This document shows, piece by piece, positions 52,601 to 64,000 of a stretch of 64,000 bases of DNA. The first letter of the stretch is position 1, and each line of letters opens with the position of its first letter. This stretch comes from Raillietiella orientalis (Eukaryota). The notes below the pieces were generated by a model, which was not told the DNA's origin, ran no database searches, and saw only the letters and a program-made list of their open reading frames with translations. The position numbers and the translations under genes were made by a program. The stretch spans positions 1,550,001-1,614,000 of the forward strand of contig JAYWIR010000037.1 in NCBI GenBank assembly GCA_036172245.1. The letters are read 5' to 3'.

Positions 52601-54985
52601 AGAACTACGGTAGGTGATCAAGGAGAAAATTTGAAGAGTAGAAAACACATTTTGAGTTTCTTAGTGATGTGCTCCTTCCGAGAGAGCACTCCGATCCCTG
52701 ATGCACATTGAGAGCTTTGCGCATCAGCTCTATACTTCAAAGCGTTCTGAATATTTTACTTGAGAGCTTGAAGGATGCCTCGATTTTGTCATGTGTCTGA
52801 ATTCTGGGCCTCTTTTGTCTTCTCTAAAATCCTCCCTGTGTCGAATTTCACGATAGGCGATGAATCCTTTCCTTCATCTTCGAAGCTTTCGAATGGGAGT
52901 TGTCTTCAAGAACTACTGTCTTTAGCAACTCGAATGATCACCAAATACGTTGCAGTGATGGACTGTTGGGAGGAGCACAGTTTGTTCGAAATGCCTTCAG
53001 AGGAGTTCGCCTTGAAGAAAAACCAAAGTGCAAATATGCTATCGCTTCCTCCAATGAAGGTGATTACGAGGGAATCATCTCGTTTTGGATGGTTGTCTGC
53101 TTTTATAAATATTCTTCGTCTATGGCGCGCAAAGTGTGCCCAAATTGGACTTCAAACTTGGATTAGACGATACAAGATCAAAGACAAAAAGATATGTATT
53201 CTTTTTTTCTTCAAGGGAAGCACTCTCAAATTATAAAGTATTAATGAAGAAATCTGTTTCTCACTGTAAGCATCTCACTGTTAAATGATCTTAAATGATA
53301 AGATCGTGTTGAGATGAATGAAAATATGGATTTAAATGTGAATTTCTGTTATTTTTTTTGAAAGAGCAAGAATGAACAAATTCTCCTGCTGAATCCCATG
53401 CATTCGTAGGAATTCTGGTACTTTCGGTATCTCCTGCACCCGTTTGAGCAGATCATCCTGCACTTCGATTTTTCCAGAACAGATATCACTGTTTGTTTTC
53501 CTTCTTCATGCCAACTTCGTTGCCTTTGGTGTGCTTATTCTTCTCAATTCGTCGACTATATCTTCACATCCAGATGCAAAGCCATTCAGCGCTTCGCTTG
53601 CATTTCTTAGGAATTCTTCTCAACCGGAGGAGTCTTCGGAAAAAATCTCAAATGAATGCTGATGCCTGCCTTTGATATCTGCGTCTTGACTATAAATGGC
53701 ACAGCATTGCCCTTGCAAAAATAATGGTAAGCAAGGAAATCTGCCAGATCAAATGTAACTCCGTAAAAAAATATGCAATTAAGAATTTCTTTGTACTAAT
53801 TGCTTTTCGGTTCTATTGAAAGACACTCTGAGAAATAAAAAGTACAGAGAATGACTAGGATAGAATAAGGCACTGTGTAGAATGTGCACAAAAGTAAGGC
53901 GTAGAACAGACACTTTCCTGGCAAACGCAATTGCATTTTTGTCAGGGGTTCCTCTTTGTGATGATACACACAGTTTCCCAGTTGAAATCGTGAACCACAA
54001 GTGCCAAGAAAGTCGCAAACTGTTTGTCGATTTGCTACAGAGTAGAAAATCAATTCGTAAGCGTTTTCTTGAAAATCCCATGTGTGACTAGAAAATTCTT
54101 GCAGTTTCCTTGTCCACATCCCTTTCAGTGACGTAGACACATAAGCATCGTGGAAATTAGATCCCGTGGTTTTTCTGTACGTTCTATCATCTGACTATCT
54201 GTTTCGAAGTCAACACTTTTACCTGATTTCTTCTTCTGCAGCTTTCCAAATAGATGCTACCTCAGCTCTTTTCATGACTGATTCGTGATTTCACAGGAAA
54301 ATCTTTCGCCTTTACTCTATAACGGTTTCCTCAGCGGAATGAGATCGAATCAGCAATAGAACACACAAATTTACCTTCCCTCTATATTGGTTTGGAAGCT
54401 GTTCTTGCCCGTGTTGTGGGTGTGAAACAATCAGAAAAGAAGAACTTTCATCGTTTGAGAATCCATTGCCCGTTACTGGTTTTCCATCCTTTCGATCTTC
54501 TTGCTCAAATTCTTTCTTTATAGCTCATCCAAACTTAGTCAGTGATATAGATAATTACGTGTCCGCTCAATATTCCTACAGACTTTGCTGTTCCATTTGC
54601 TGAATGTTAAACAGTCGTTAACGACTTTGAACGCAGTGCTTTACTGTTTCATCATGGCTCCTCGGATGCGGCTCTTGCGGCAAAGCACCCAGGAACATCC
54701 TTGCAAGCCGCTGCTTCCGCATGAACAGACAGCGTCACCTTCGATCATGATTGCTTTCTAATCCTTTCGTTTAATCTGATTTTAAGAGCACTCATCATTT
54801 TCATTCTTCCCTGCGGAATTTGTTTCCCTTCTTTTCGGGATGAGCTTTCGATTACCTTCTGAAATCCAAGTGAACGTCGGCTGGTTGCACAAAACGCCCA
54901 CTGGTGGGCAGCAGTGAAACGTCATTGTCCCGAAAACCAAACTCGTTTTGGCTGGCGTTGGCGGCCTTGTAGCTTCCGTCAACAT

Positions 54986-55205
54986 AAAAATATCTACATA
55001 TATAATTTATTTATTACATAATAATATTAATTTTATACCTGATTTTAAATACACTGTTTACATCAAATCTTGAAAGTTCTTTGATTTGATACATTCTTTG
55101 ATTTACACTAAACCCCAAATGTTTTTTATATCAATTACTTATTATTAATATATAATATATTAGCATTCAATTAGAAATGTTAAAGTTAATTAAGTGGGGG
55201 AATCA
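54986..55205. other. Sharply bounded ~80% AT island
   Basis: Sampled 60-mers contain about 12 G+C. Includes two copies of ttctttgattt. Abuts the truncated left end of unit A copy 3. Confidence 0.8.
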
Positions 55206-55209
55206 TTTG

Positions 55210-55252
55210 TTGCGCGTGGTACCAAGCGTTGCTGGTTCGAATACCCGTAAAG
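55210..55252 (-). repeat. Unit A, copy 3, left piece
   Basis: gcgtggtaccaagcgttgctggttcgaatacc matches 3153-3183 and 47593-47625. Confidence 0.75.
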
Positions 55253-56775
55253 CAGCACTGTCCTCTGAAAACGTTCGTGGCACTCCTCCTCCGTTCACTG
55301 CTTTTTGTTTGCCTCCGCCCAGAGATGTAAAAAAGTGGACCGAGGTTCTTTTGCGAAAAGTCTTTTGGGAAACGAAGAGGTCCCGGGTCCGCTTGAAGAA
55401 CTTGTATGCACCGCGTCGGGATGTCGGGCTCGGCGTACTGACGCTGGAGAGGCTGGAGCGTCAGTTTCAGTGTAGAAGATTAGCCCTAGTGGAGAAATTC
55501 TGGACCACTTATTGGTGCGTCCTAGCCAGAATCCTGACCAAGCGAGCAGCCGGCTCCGGGGGGATCGGTACGTTCCTCGTGCATGGCCATCGAGAGTATC
55601 GCCCCGCTGCGGGTGCGACCCCGGAAAATGGTTGTCTTGGTCGAGGAGAACAGATGGATTTCCTGCCGCCCCACCAACTGCAGCGCCTGGAAACAAGAGA
55701 CAGTTCAGGCGTGGGCGGAAAGAAACGGCACGAGCTCGGAGCCATCGCGATGCTTGCGATTCTCGAACCACGCTCGCTGCTCGTTGAAGGAAATCATGGA
55801 CCGTCCACGGAAGACCACCTAGGCACGGAACACCCCACACGATCCAACAAAGTGGACATAGCAACCGCTTTGCAAGATGGGAATTATCCTGCGAGATCGC
55901 GGGAAAAAAGAAGCGGCTGGGATGCTGGACGGCGTGTCAGCTGGCTGAAGCATGTTTTCCTGCTGCCCCCTTCAAAGGAGTTCGTCTCTGGGCGGAACTC
56001 GTGGACATTCCTCCTGAAGAGACAGAAATAACCCCAGTGTTTGTGGACAGCTCCACGCTTCCTGTAAAGTGGCTGGCCTCGGCATTGCAGTTGTTGCACT
56101 GGGTGATCCCATGCAACGCACGTGTCCACCATTGGACAAGAGGAAGTGCAGTCCAATACTGTGCCAGGTGCTGGAAAAGGGAAACCCTTCCCGCAGCTGT
56201 TGCTGGATTGTGTTGCCCTCCTAAGCGTCTGGGAACGTTTCACTGCGGTCCTCCCACTCCCTATGGACAACGGCAGGGAGGTTTTGCGATGCCTCTTCAC
56301 GTGCGAAGGGATGTTCTCCTGCAGCTTCCCTTGCAGCCCTGTGCTACCTCCGTGGGATCGTGGCGGCGAGAAGCCGCGCCAAAAGAGACCGGTCGAACGC
56401 TGAGGTCATCGCAATCGTCTGCTCCTTCACGAGGAAGGTGACAAGATCTCTGCCAACAAAAGGAGGAAGTTACCAACATCCTCCAGGGAATGCTGAGGAC
56501 ACCAGGCAAAAATCTGCGAACCCTTCTCTTCCCTTCATCACCCAACACATTTTTTTTTGACTGAACTTTCATGTGTGTGTGTGGTTTTTCCCTATTTACC
56601 CCTTCCCCCACTTCTCCTGTGCGGACCCCATCGGGAGAGCTGCTCACGAGAAGCAACGCCTCAGAGGCCGCATTCCCCTTCGTAGTGGCAATGTGAAGCC
56701 GCTACGAAGGAAGATATTTTTTATATTTTAAATGACCGTTTTTTCTGACCATGCCCTGGCGTAGCCGGATGAAAA
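55253..56775 (+). mobile_element. 5'-truncated L1/Tx1-like LINE nested in unit A copy 3
   Basis: KVFWETKRSRVRLKNLYAPRRDVGLGVLTLE, WISCRPTNCSAWKQETVQAW and LLHWVIPCN..YCARCWKRETL..LLLDC...VW are homologous to 1-1206. Ends ccctggcgtagccggatgaaaa. Confidence 0.85.
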
Positions 56776-57510
56776 TATAGGGTCGATGCCGAGATTGAAA
56801 GGTGCATGGTGGATTTCGAGTGTTCCAAGCGGGATAGCGCTGGTTGGCCTATAAGCTTTAGGTAAAGCACTGAGGTTGAAAGGTGGAAAACTGGATACCC
56901 TTGATGAGGACTCCGGATTTGAAGTTGACCCTTCAGGGTCCTTCCAGGAATCAGAATCAAGGGGTTGGTTCCCTCCGAGGTTCTCCTGCATCTTGTATCG
57001 TGGTGGTGGTGGGTCGATACCTCTTCAGAGTGTTAAGTGAGCTGATCCTTCGGGTTCTCTTCGAAGGAGTGAACAAGAAGTGGTTGTTTTGCGGGTACCT
57101 CTGAAGAAGAAATTTCAAGAGCGTGTCCTTTCCGGGTTCCCTTCGGAGAAGAAGTCATGGAGCGGCACGGATCCCTTCGGAGAGAGTAAGGAAGAGGTTC
57201 CCTTCGGAGACAACCAGGGTGATTCCCTCAACAGTTCCCTCCCAAGAGTAAGAGGAGCGGACTCCCTTCTCCGGAGCTCTTCCTGGATTCAATGGTTGGT
57301 CCCTTCCCATGGCACCCCTACCCTGAGGAGTTGACACTTACCCTCAGGTGCTGTGTAACAGTGTTGAAGAGCTTCGGAGTCTGCCAGGCACTCAACGCCT
57401 GGAGGCGCACGAAGCACGGTTCTTGAGGCACTTGGAGAAAAAAAAGAAAGGAGCTGGAAGTAAAGCAGCGAAACAGAAAAGAACTCAAGAGAACTTCCAT
57501 CATCCCGAGC
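56776..57510 (-). repeat. Unit A, copy 3, right piece
   Basis: Colinear with 3190-3875, and 57181-57272 is near-identical to 3541-3645. Ends ttccatcatc at 57495-57504. Confidence 0.8.
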
Positions 57511-60499
57511 CTATAGTAACGATCTCCGCGTGAGATCGCTACTGGACTTTTGAAAAAACACAAAAAAGAATTCTGTTGAGAAACCAGGGAATATCTTTTC
57601 TGAAAACAATTTCTGGGGAATTGCTTGCCTTCCTAACTTCAAAAACCTTGTAGAATTTGGTTCCAAAAAGGGCAATCTATTTCGGCATTTGCATTCAGCA
57701 GGTGCTTACAGGGAACATTCTGGATTGTGTCCCTTTGTGTATTTTAAACTTTGCCAGTCTTTTTTCCATTTTCCAGTGTCTGCTAATTTCATTAGGATTT
57801 ATTATTGTTCCCTAGAATTTACAGCTACTCGGGTTCGTGGCTACTGCATTTCATTGAAATTGCTTACTACTCTCGAGCAACTGCAAGTGCGAATAATTCC
57901 AAGCTCAGACTTCCGTGGTTGCATTTGAATTTCCTAGTCCACTGCGGCATCTGTTTTCCCGTAATCTAATTCGGGAAGAGCAAACTTCTCTTCAAGCGCG
58001 AGCATTCTCACAGAACTAAAGAACACAGATTACTACTTCAAGAACAGAACTGACACTTCTAATGGAAAGGAAGATTGCTAGAGTTTCGGAAATGAATCCA
58101 TAGAGGAATCCACGATGCTTTCCATAATGCCTCAGCCTGCAGTTATGAATTTTTAAATCCGGGAGGTGCTACGTGTGGATCCTATCTGTAAACGGGCTGG
58201 CGACTTGGTGTCTGGCTGAGATGCTTTTCGGGGAGATCAAATTCGAGGGGCAGTGCTGTTTCTTTGCTGCCACGAGAAGCACTCGGAAATTAAACCCTTG
58301 CATGATTGGATACGGACGGGAGCTCCTCATCTCCTTATCTTTGATCGCTGACTTTCATCCAGTTCCTCTTCATGTATTCATTTCGGCTAATTCATGTGAG
58401 CCCCTTGCTGCCTTCCTTTTTCCTCTTGCAGCTCTCTTGACTTTGAAGAACGGCGTCTTCGTTAACTTTCGGTTCCTCAGAAAAGAGATGGAAAGCTACA
58501 GGAAAAACAATGTGGGAATCACGCAGGATAAGGACGTGGAAAGGGAATTTTAACGGGATGAGTGACTACGGTGAACCGGGACACTTCCAAAGAAAAAAAG
58601 CAACCACAAATCCAGAATCGCTATCCCGTGAATGAGCAAGCCGTGTGCTAATCAGAAAGGACCGTGCACCTGCTAGTGATGGAGAAAGAAAAGTGAAAAC
58701 CCCAAGTGAGAAAAGAACAATCTCAATGAAAAGAAGGCTCGAGATCCGAAAACGGAAAAAGGAAATTCGAGAAGTACTTGGGAATCTGATTTCAGCGAAT
58801 CTTTTAGGAAAACTTGCTTGCGGGCTTCACTGTAACTGCTAAAGGAAACACGAGGATTACACTATCTAATGGAAGCTTAAAAGAGTGCAAAAAATAATGG
58901 CTGCCTTTGGAATTCGATCTCTTAAGATGTGATGTTCATCTGAATTCTGAACGATGGACTCGACGTTTCAGCTTACAACTAATGCAACCTTTGTCGCAGT
59001 GCAGGGACGGTAGGGAAGGGTAATGTGGAGAGATCAGCAAGACAAAATACCTCCAGAGTAGCAAGTGTCTGTGTTTTTGAACAACGCTCTGAGATAGAAA
59101 AAAAGCCGAAAAAATATTGATCTCCAATGTGAATCCAGTTGGAATAAGTTAAAGGTGGGCAACAGATGCATCTTGCGTTCAAGAGGCCCAGTGGTGACAC
59201 CGTAGAGCTGTCAGAAAGAAGGAGGCGAAAAGAACCCGATTTTCACAGATGGAAGCAATAGCGAAGGCGAGAAAATGGAAGATGCAAAGGCGAGGTCACG
59301 AGGTAGATTTCTTTTGTCAAACGATAATGACGACCAAGTGAGTAACATCAACTGGTGGTGCAAGCATGAAAAGAGAATTCCTTCATACCATGGGTTGCGG
59401 TGTGAACCATGCCTAATCATGGCTGACGTTCTTGGGAAGCACTTCGTCAGGGACGTTACATAGAGAATTCGAATCCATCAGCACCTTGCACAAGAAAGCT
59501 TTCAACTCACAGACACATAATTTTCATTATTACTGTGACGCCATGTAGATGATGTGACAGTTTTTGCGAATGAGTTTTTCCGTGACCCAAGAAAGGCAAG
59601 GTCACCCACGGGAACTCGTCAAAGACTACACCAAAGTCCCAAATAAGAATCCCCTGTGAACTCAATGGACGGGCATTTGAACACACCCCAAAGCTCAGAT
59701 GCAAGAACAAAACATGCTGTGCCAGAATTAGAGCGCCGGTAGGGGTCAAAATGCACGCCAGAAGGAAAAGTCAGCACATTCTCCAGAAGTGCAAGAGCCA
59801 CTCCAATCGAGGGATTCACTTAAACTGCAAAAGATGATTTATGGGACCATGAGTGGATGTTCAGCGTACAAACGCAGAAACCACATGACCAACAAGTTTC
59901 TGATGGAAACATGCAGAATTCTGAAATTTTGCGTCCAGTGCGTATGAATTGTACTACAAATTTCCCGTGTACAAGACCAGGAGCACAGTGGAAGTACAGA
60001 TGGACGAGGCACTACGACGAGTTGCAGAGATCGAAGCATTCATTTCTTCGGTTTATCGCATTGCGGAAAGAATCCTGATCTCGCCATTGGATAGTTCGTG
60101 CAGGGAGCATCGGGAATTACAAGGAACCACGCATTACAAAATTTAACGTGGACCTACCAATTCCAGAATTCATCTTCGTTGATGAACTTTCACTTTGCGG
60201 TGTCCTTTCGGACTACTGGCTTCGCTTCACTTTCTTCAAACTACGTTCACTTGTTCGTTACGGCACCTTGTCTTTTCAGCACACGGGCAGCTATCCGTAC
60301 TCTTGAGGAGACACAGTACGTGAAAGGTATATGATGCATTTGAAAAATTGTACTTTTTTCTGATGAACCCGCTTCCCAACCATTCAGCTTACAGACCAGC
60401 GTACGGGAAGTCTGGGACGTGGTTTTACTTGGAAACTGAGATTCTTGGATCTCCCAGCCATTGCTTGCACTCGGTTTATTCACGCATGCTGTGGCGGCA

Positions 60500-63400
60500 T
60501 GAAAGCAACTAATTTCATCTGATTGGAATATTGATGCAAAAAGCGATTTTTCATTTCAATACATGTCGTTCATACTGTACAGCTTCACCATAATTCTTTC
60601 GATGACTGATTTGAGATTTCCTCGTGTTATTAAACGTAGTCTGAAAACACATCTTGCAGATGTATGATGCAGTACGACTAGCTTGCTGAAAAGATTGTTG
60701 ATGACTGCTGAGAAATGAGCAACTGATATGCCAGCATGGCAGAAAACCTCTCTCACAAAACAGAGAGAAGGTCTGTTGTTACCAGCCATGTACAATCATT
60801 TGAAATAAGGGAACACTGTCACACTTTTGTATAAAACACACAATACGAAAACAGGGAATGCAATCTCTACTTTCAAAATTGAGGATGCGCTTCCAATCAG
60901 CGAATAACCCTGAAGTCCCAGTACTCCACACTTAAATTATATTTGCAAGCGCAAAGTTTTGAGAAAAAAAGAAGCACTTGGGACGTTTGTGATGTCTCTG
61001 ATCAGAATGCCATAAATTTTAAGGATTAAGAAAACAGATATGATGCCTGTATGTTACTGAAGCTGCATGTGCATGCCTGAAGTAGATGGCATCTGTTTTC
61101 GAGGGAAGTTGCAAAAATATTGCATGTATGTACTTCCAGAACGAAACAGATTTTTGAGGAGGAAAGTAGTTCAAATTGCGAGCACACGAAAGCAATCCAG
61201 AGGGAATCTACCTGTGACGAAAGCACCGGGTGCCAAGTAAATCAAGGAAGCGTGTGGTAAACGCAATGTAAAGCGCCGGAGATTAAATGAGGAAAGTTTA
61301 GATTTCCTCACGGTCTTCCACCGCTATGATGATAAGGAATTCAGAGCTGCGTTACAGCTCTCAGTGACGAAATCTTACAGATTTCCCGAGAAAATCCCAT
61401 TAACAACCGCTTAGGAAGACGCGGTTTCAGGATCCGTCTTGTTCCATTAAAGTTGGGATGACTGAAAATGTATGGTAAATTCATCCTTCTTTGGCCGTGG
61501 TAGTCTCACAATCCTCCCTAAGACAAAGTTGCAAGCATTATGCTGAATTTCCGCTTGCAAGGAAAAAAGTTTCAGAGGAATCTATCACATTGGAAATTGG
61601 TTTTATGCTGCTATTAACTATCAATTCTGAAAAGGGACTTTCAGTCTTACTTTTATCAGCATGCTATGAAGGAATTTTTTGCAAACGCGTGGGTTCTGCG
61701 AAATTGATCCTTGAAATGAAGTGATTCCTTACAAGCTGTTTGTTTGCTGAAAACTGAATTCTAATTTTAATTGTATTTCCAATCATTTTACTGTCAACGT
61801 GCCCAATCCTCATACTGTCATACCTTCGTCATAGTATCCTCACTTACTCCCCCCTTTTATATAAATTATGAATGGTAATCATCAGGTAATCTACTATGAG
61901 GTAAGGTTTCTTTTCATCTCCTTTTTATGAGCGAAGCAATTGCTCTTTGAATGGATGATCCGTGTATAAATCTCCAATGTGACGAAAGCTCATTCTCTCT
62001 GTAGAATTTTCTGATTATCTTACGGAATCTTATAGAATTGCTGATTTGTAGGAGAACCTCACTCAGGTTGCTATGGGTACGCGTCTACTTCACTTTTGCA
62101 TCTCAGCCTACTTCTCTCTCGCATCTAAACATTCACAGCGTAGCCTCAGGATTTCTGCCTTCATTCAAGTCTCAGTATTTTTTACCGTACGTTCCATCAC
62201 GAGGAGATTTATAGTGAAGTGTATTTCGAAGAGTGTCTCACGAAATTCATGGTTTCACGAGTATTTAGAAAATCTCTGCAGAGTGCTGACCCCAACTTTG
62301 AGCATCTGTAAACTCTTTGCATTGAAACATTATTGAAGAAAAAAAGTTTTGATTATCCTTTTTGCAATGTTATGTGTTGCAAAACTGAACTTTCTTATTT
62401 GTACGTGGTGCTGATCCCTGCAATCCGGGAGGGATCGGAGCATTTTCCCCTGAATCCAGAGTTCAAGGTTTTCAAAGAAGTGAATACATAGATGCAGTAA
62501 GAAGGATTTTTGGTGTGGCACTAGTAGTGCATTTAAACGTGACAGATTGAAGATAGAGCATATCACATACTGAGTAGAAATAAGTAAATAGGGTCAAGAT
62601 CATGAAAATTCTATTGTATTTTCCGAACTAAAGACTTTGTACCCTCCCTTTTTTAAATACCCATGGTAAGCATTTTACAGTTTGAAATGTATGCAAATGA
62701 AAGCGTTCAAAAAGAATGCAACGAAGGAGATGCAAATTCAGCAAATTGATTGTCTTAGTACTTGAACATGGAATCAAATCTAAAAACTAATTGAGTCTAA
62801 TTGAGTCCCTTTCGTTGTTCAGGTCTCTGGAATCCACAGGTGCGAAAATTTCGGATTTGCTGAAATCTGCTGAAACCACGGTTTGCCCTACGGCGGACCG
62901 CGCCAACCACATGGTGAACTATGGCGATTCGATCATTGCAGGGACCATGGAGTGAAATTCCCTTTTTCCTGTTGATCTCTGTGAATGTACCCGTGAGAAC
63001 TTTCGCGCTGCTCCATACAGCTTTTCACATCCCATGTATGTTTCAAGTCTTTGTACGGTCGTGAGTTTCCTTTAAAGTTTCTAACACAAAGCTGACTTAT
63101 TCATGGTCTTGTCATGAACTAGGAAGGCAAGGATGAAACTCCCTAAGAGACGCGAATTGCATAACAAACGATTGTATATGAATGCCTATGAATAAAACAT
63201 ACAGATACTATAAAGATTAAGAAAACAGAACAGGATGATCTCAATTTTGAGGTTCGGAAAAATTTGAAAATCGGGAGAAGATGTATTCTAGGGATTTGGA
63301 ATATTGGCATTTTTATTCTTTCCAAGAATACACGACTCTATTAAGAGCAGCATTTCTGAGATGAAATGATAATCCCGAGATAGAGATGTTTGGGAAGTGT

Positions 63401-64000
63401 TGCGGTGTTTTGACACAAATTCCATGTGTCTCGCTCTAACTTTGGGAGAATAATCAAATGCAATATTGGACTTTCGTGTCCTAATCCAAAAATCCATTTC
63501 TCCCGTGTACGAAATTGTACGAATGCGTTAGGGAGGGCAAGCAAGGATTTTCCCTAAAAGCTCAGTGCTCGCAAATCGAAGTTTCTCTTCTCATTTTTGT
63601 CGCTTTCTGCTCCCAGATCACTTCAGCACGTACGCAACACTCCTGCTGCTTCTTCATCAGCTATCTATTGGCTTCTTTTAAAAATTCCTTGTGGAGTTCA
63701 AAGATCGCTGATCTCACAGTTGGATGCTGTACTAACGGATCACGTTCTCACAAGTTATCAGAATCCAAGCTTTCAAATGATGATGCTTTCACCTATTGGT
63801 TTCAAACGGTCAGCTGAGGGCTTTACATAATTATCCTCATGCCAGTTTTTGAAAAGTGGAGCCATCTCCAAATACACTACTTGTCCAATGCAAATAGAGA
63901 TGAATTCAAAGGCCAATAAAGATCTCTAACGACGAATTGGAAATTTTAGCACTTTTAAAACGGTAGCTCATCATGCATTCTGTGAGTCATTATTTGGTTT
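60500..64000 (-). mobile_element. Very degenerate CR1/L2-like LINE (endonuclease end plus RT traces)
   Basis: Minus strand in order: TRKSNI (PTR..NILD-like) near 63470, FAEP near 61695, EQDG near 61435, KLSSFNL near 61290. Confidence 0.35.

Noticed and set aside
55177..56031. Longest ORF (284 aa) as a real gene
   Set aside because: It is chimeric. It starts in the AT island, crosses a unit A piece, then reads LINE ORF2 and shifts out of the homologous frame.

Overview
Eukaryotic, probably animal/arthropod-like DNA (weak clue: a histone H4 relic starting MTGRGKGGK). It is essentially a transposable-element graveyard, and I found no intact host gene, RNA gene or CRISPR array. Most ORFs in the track are spurious or fragments of decayed elements. 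Recognisable components: (i) about 8-9 fragments of an L1/Tx1-like LINE family, mostly ORF2 C-termini plus 3' UTRs that share a short 3'-terminal motif, and one piece with a clear RT domain (about 40.0-42.7 kb); (ii) several heavily decayed R2-superfamily elements (R2-like, R4/Dong-like, NeSL/Utopia-like); (iii) very old CR1/L2-like remnants; (iv) an internally deleted mariner with long rearranged inverted ends; (v) a histone H4 pseudogene; (vi) an unclassified 0.8-1 kb repeat ('unit A', 3 copies plus an 89-bp piece flanked by a 10-bp direct repeat). In two copies the left end of unit A carries a long hairpin with divergent stems but a conserved 9-nt loop, next to a tRNA B-box-like motif. This is the best candidate for something undescribed. 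There are also two sharply bounded ~80% AT islands and a near-perfect 60-bp palindrome. All assignments come from manual reading and translation. Boundaries of decayed elements are approximate (up to a few hundred bp).
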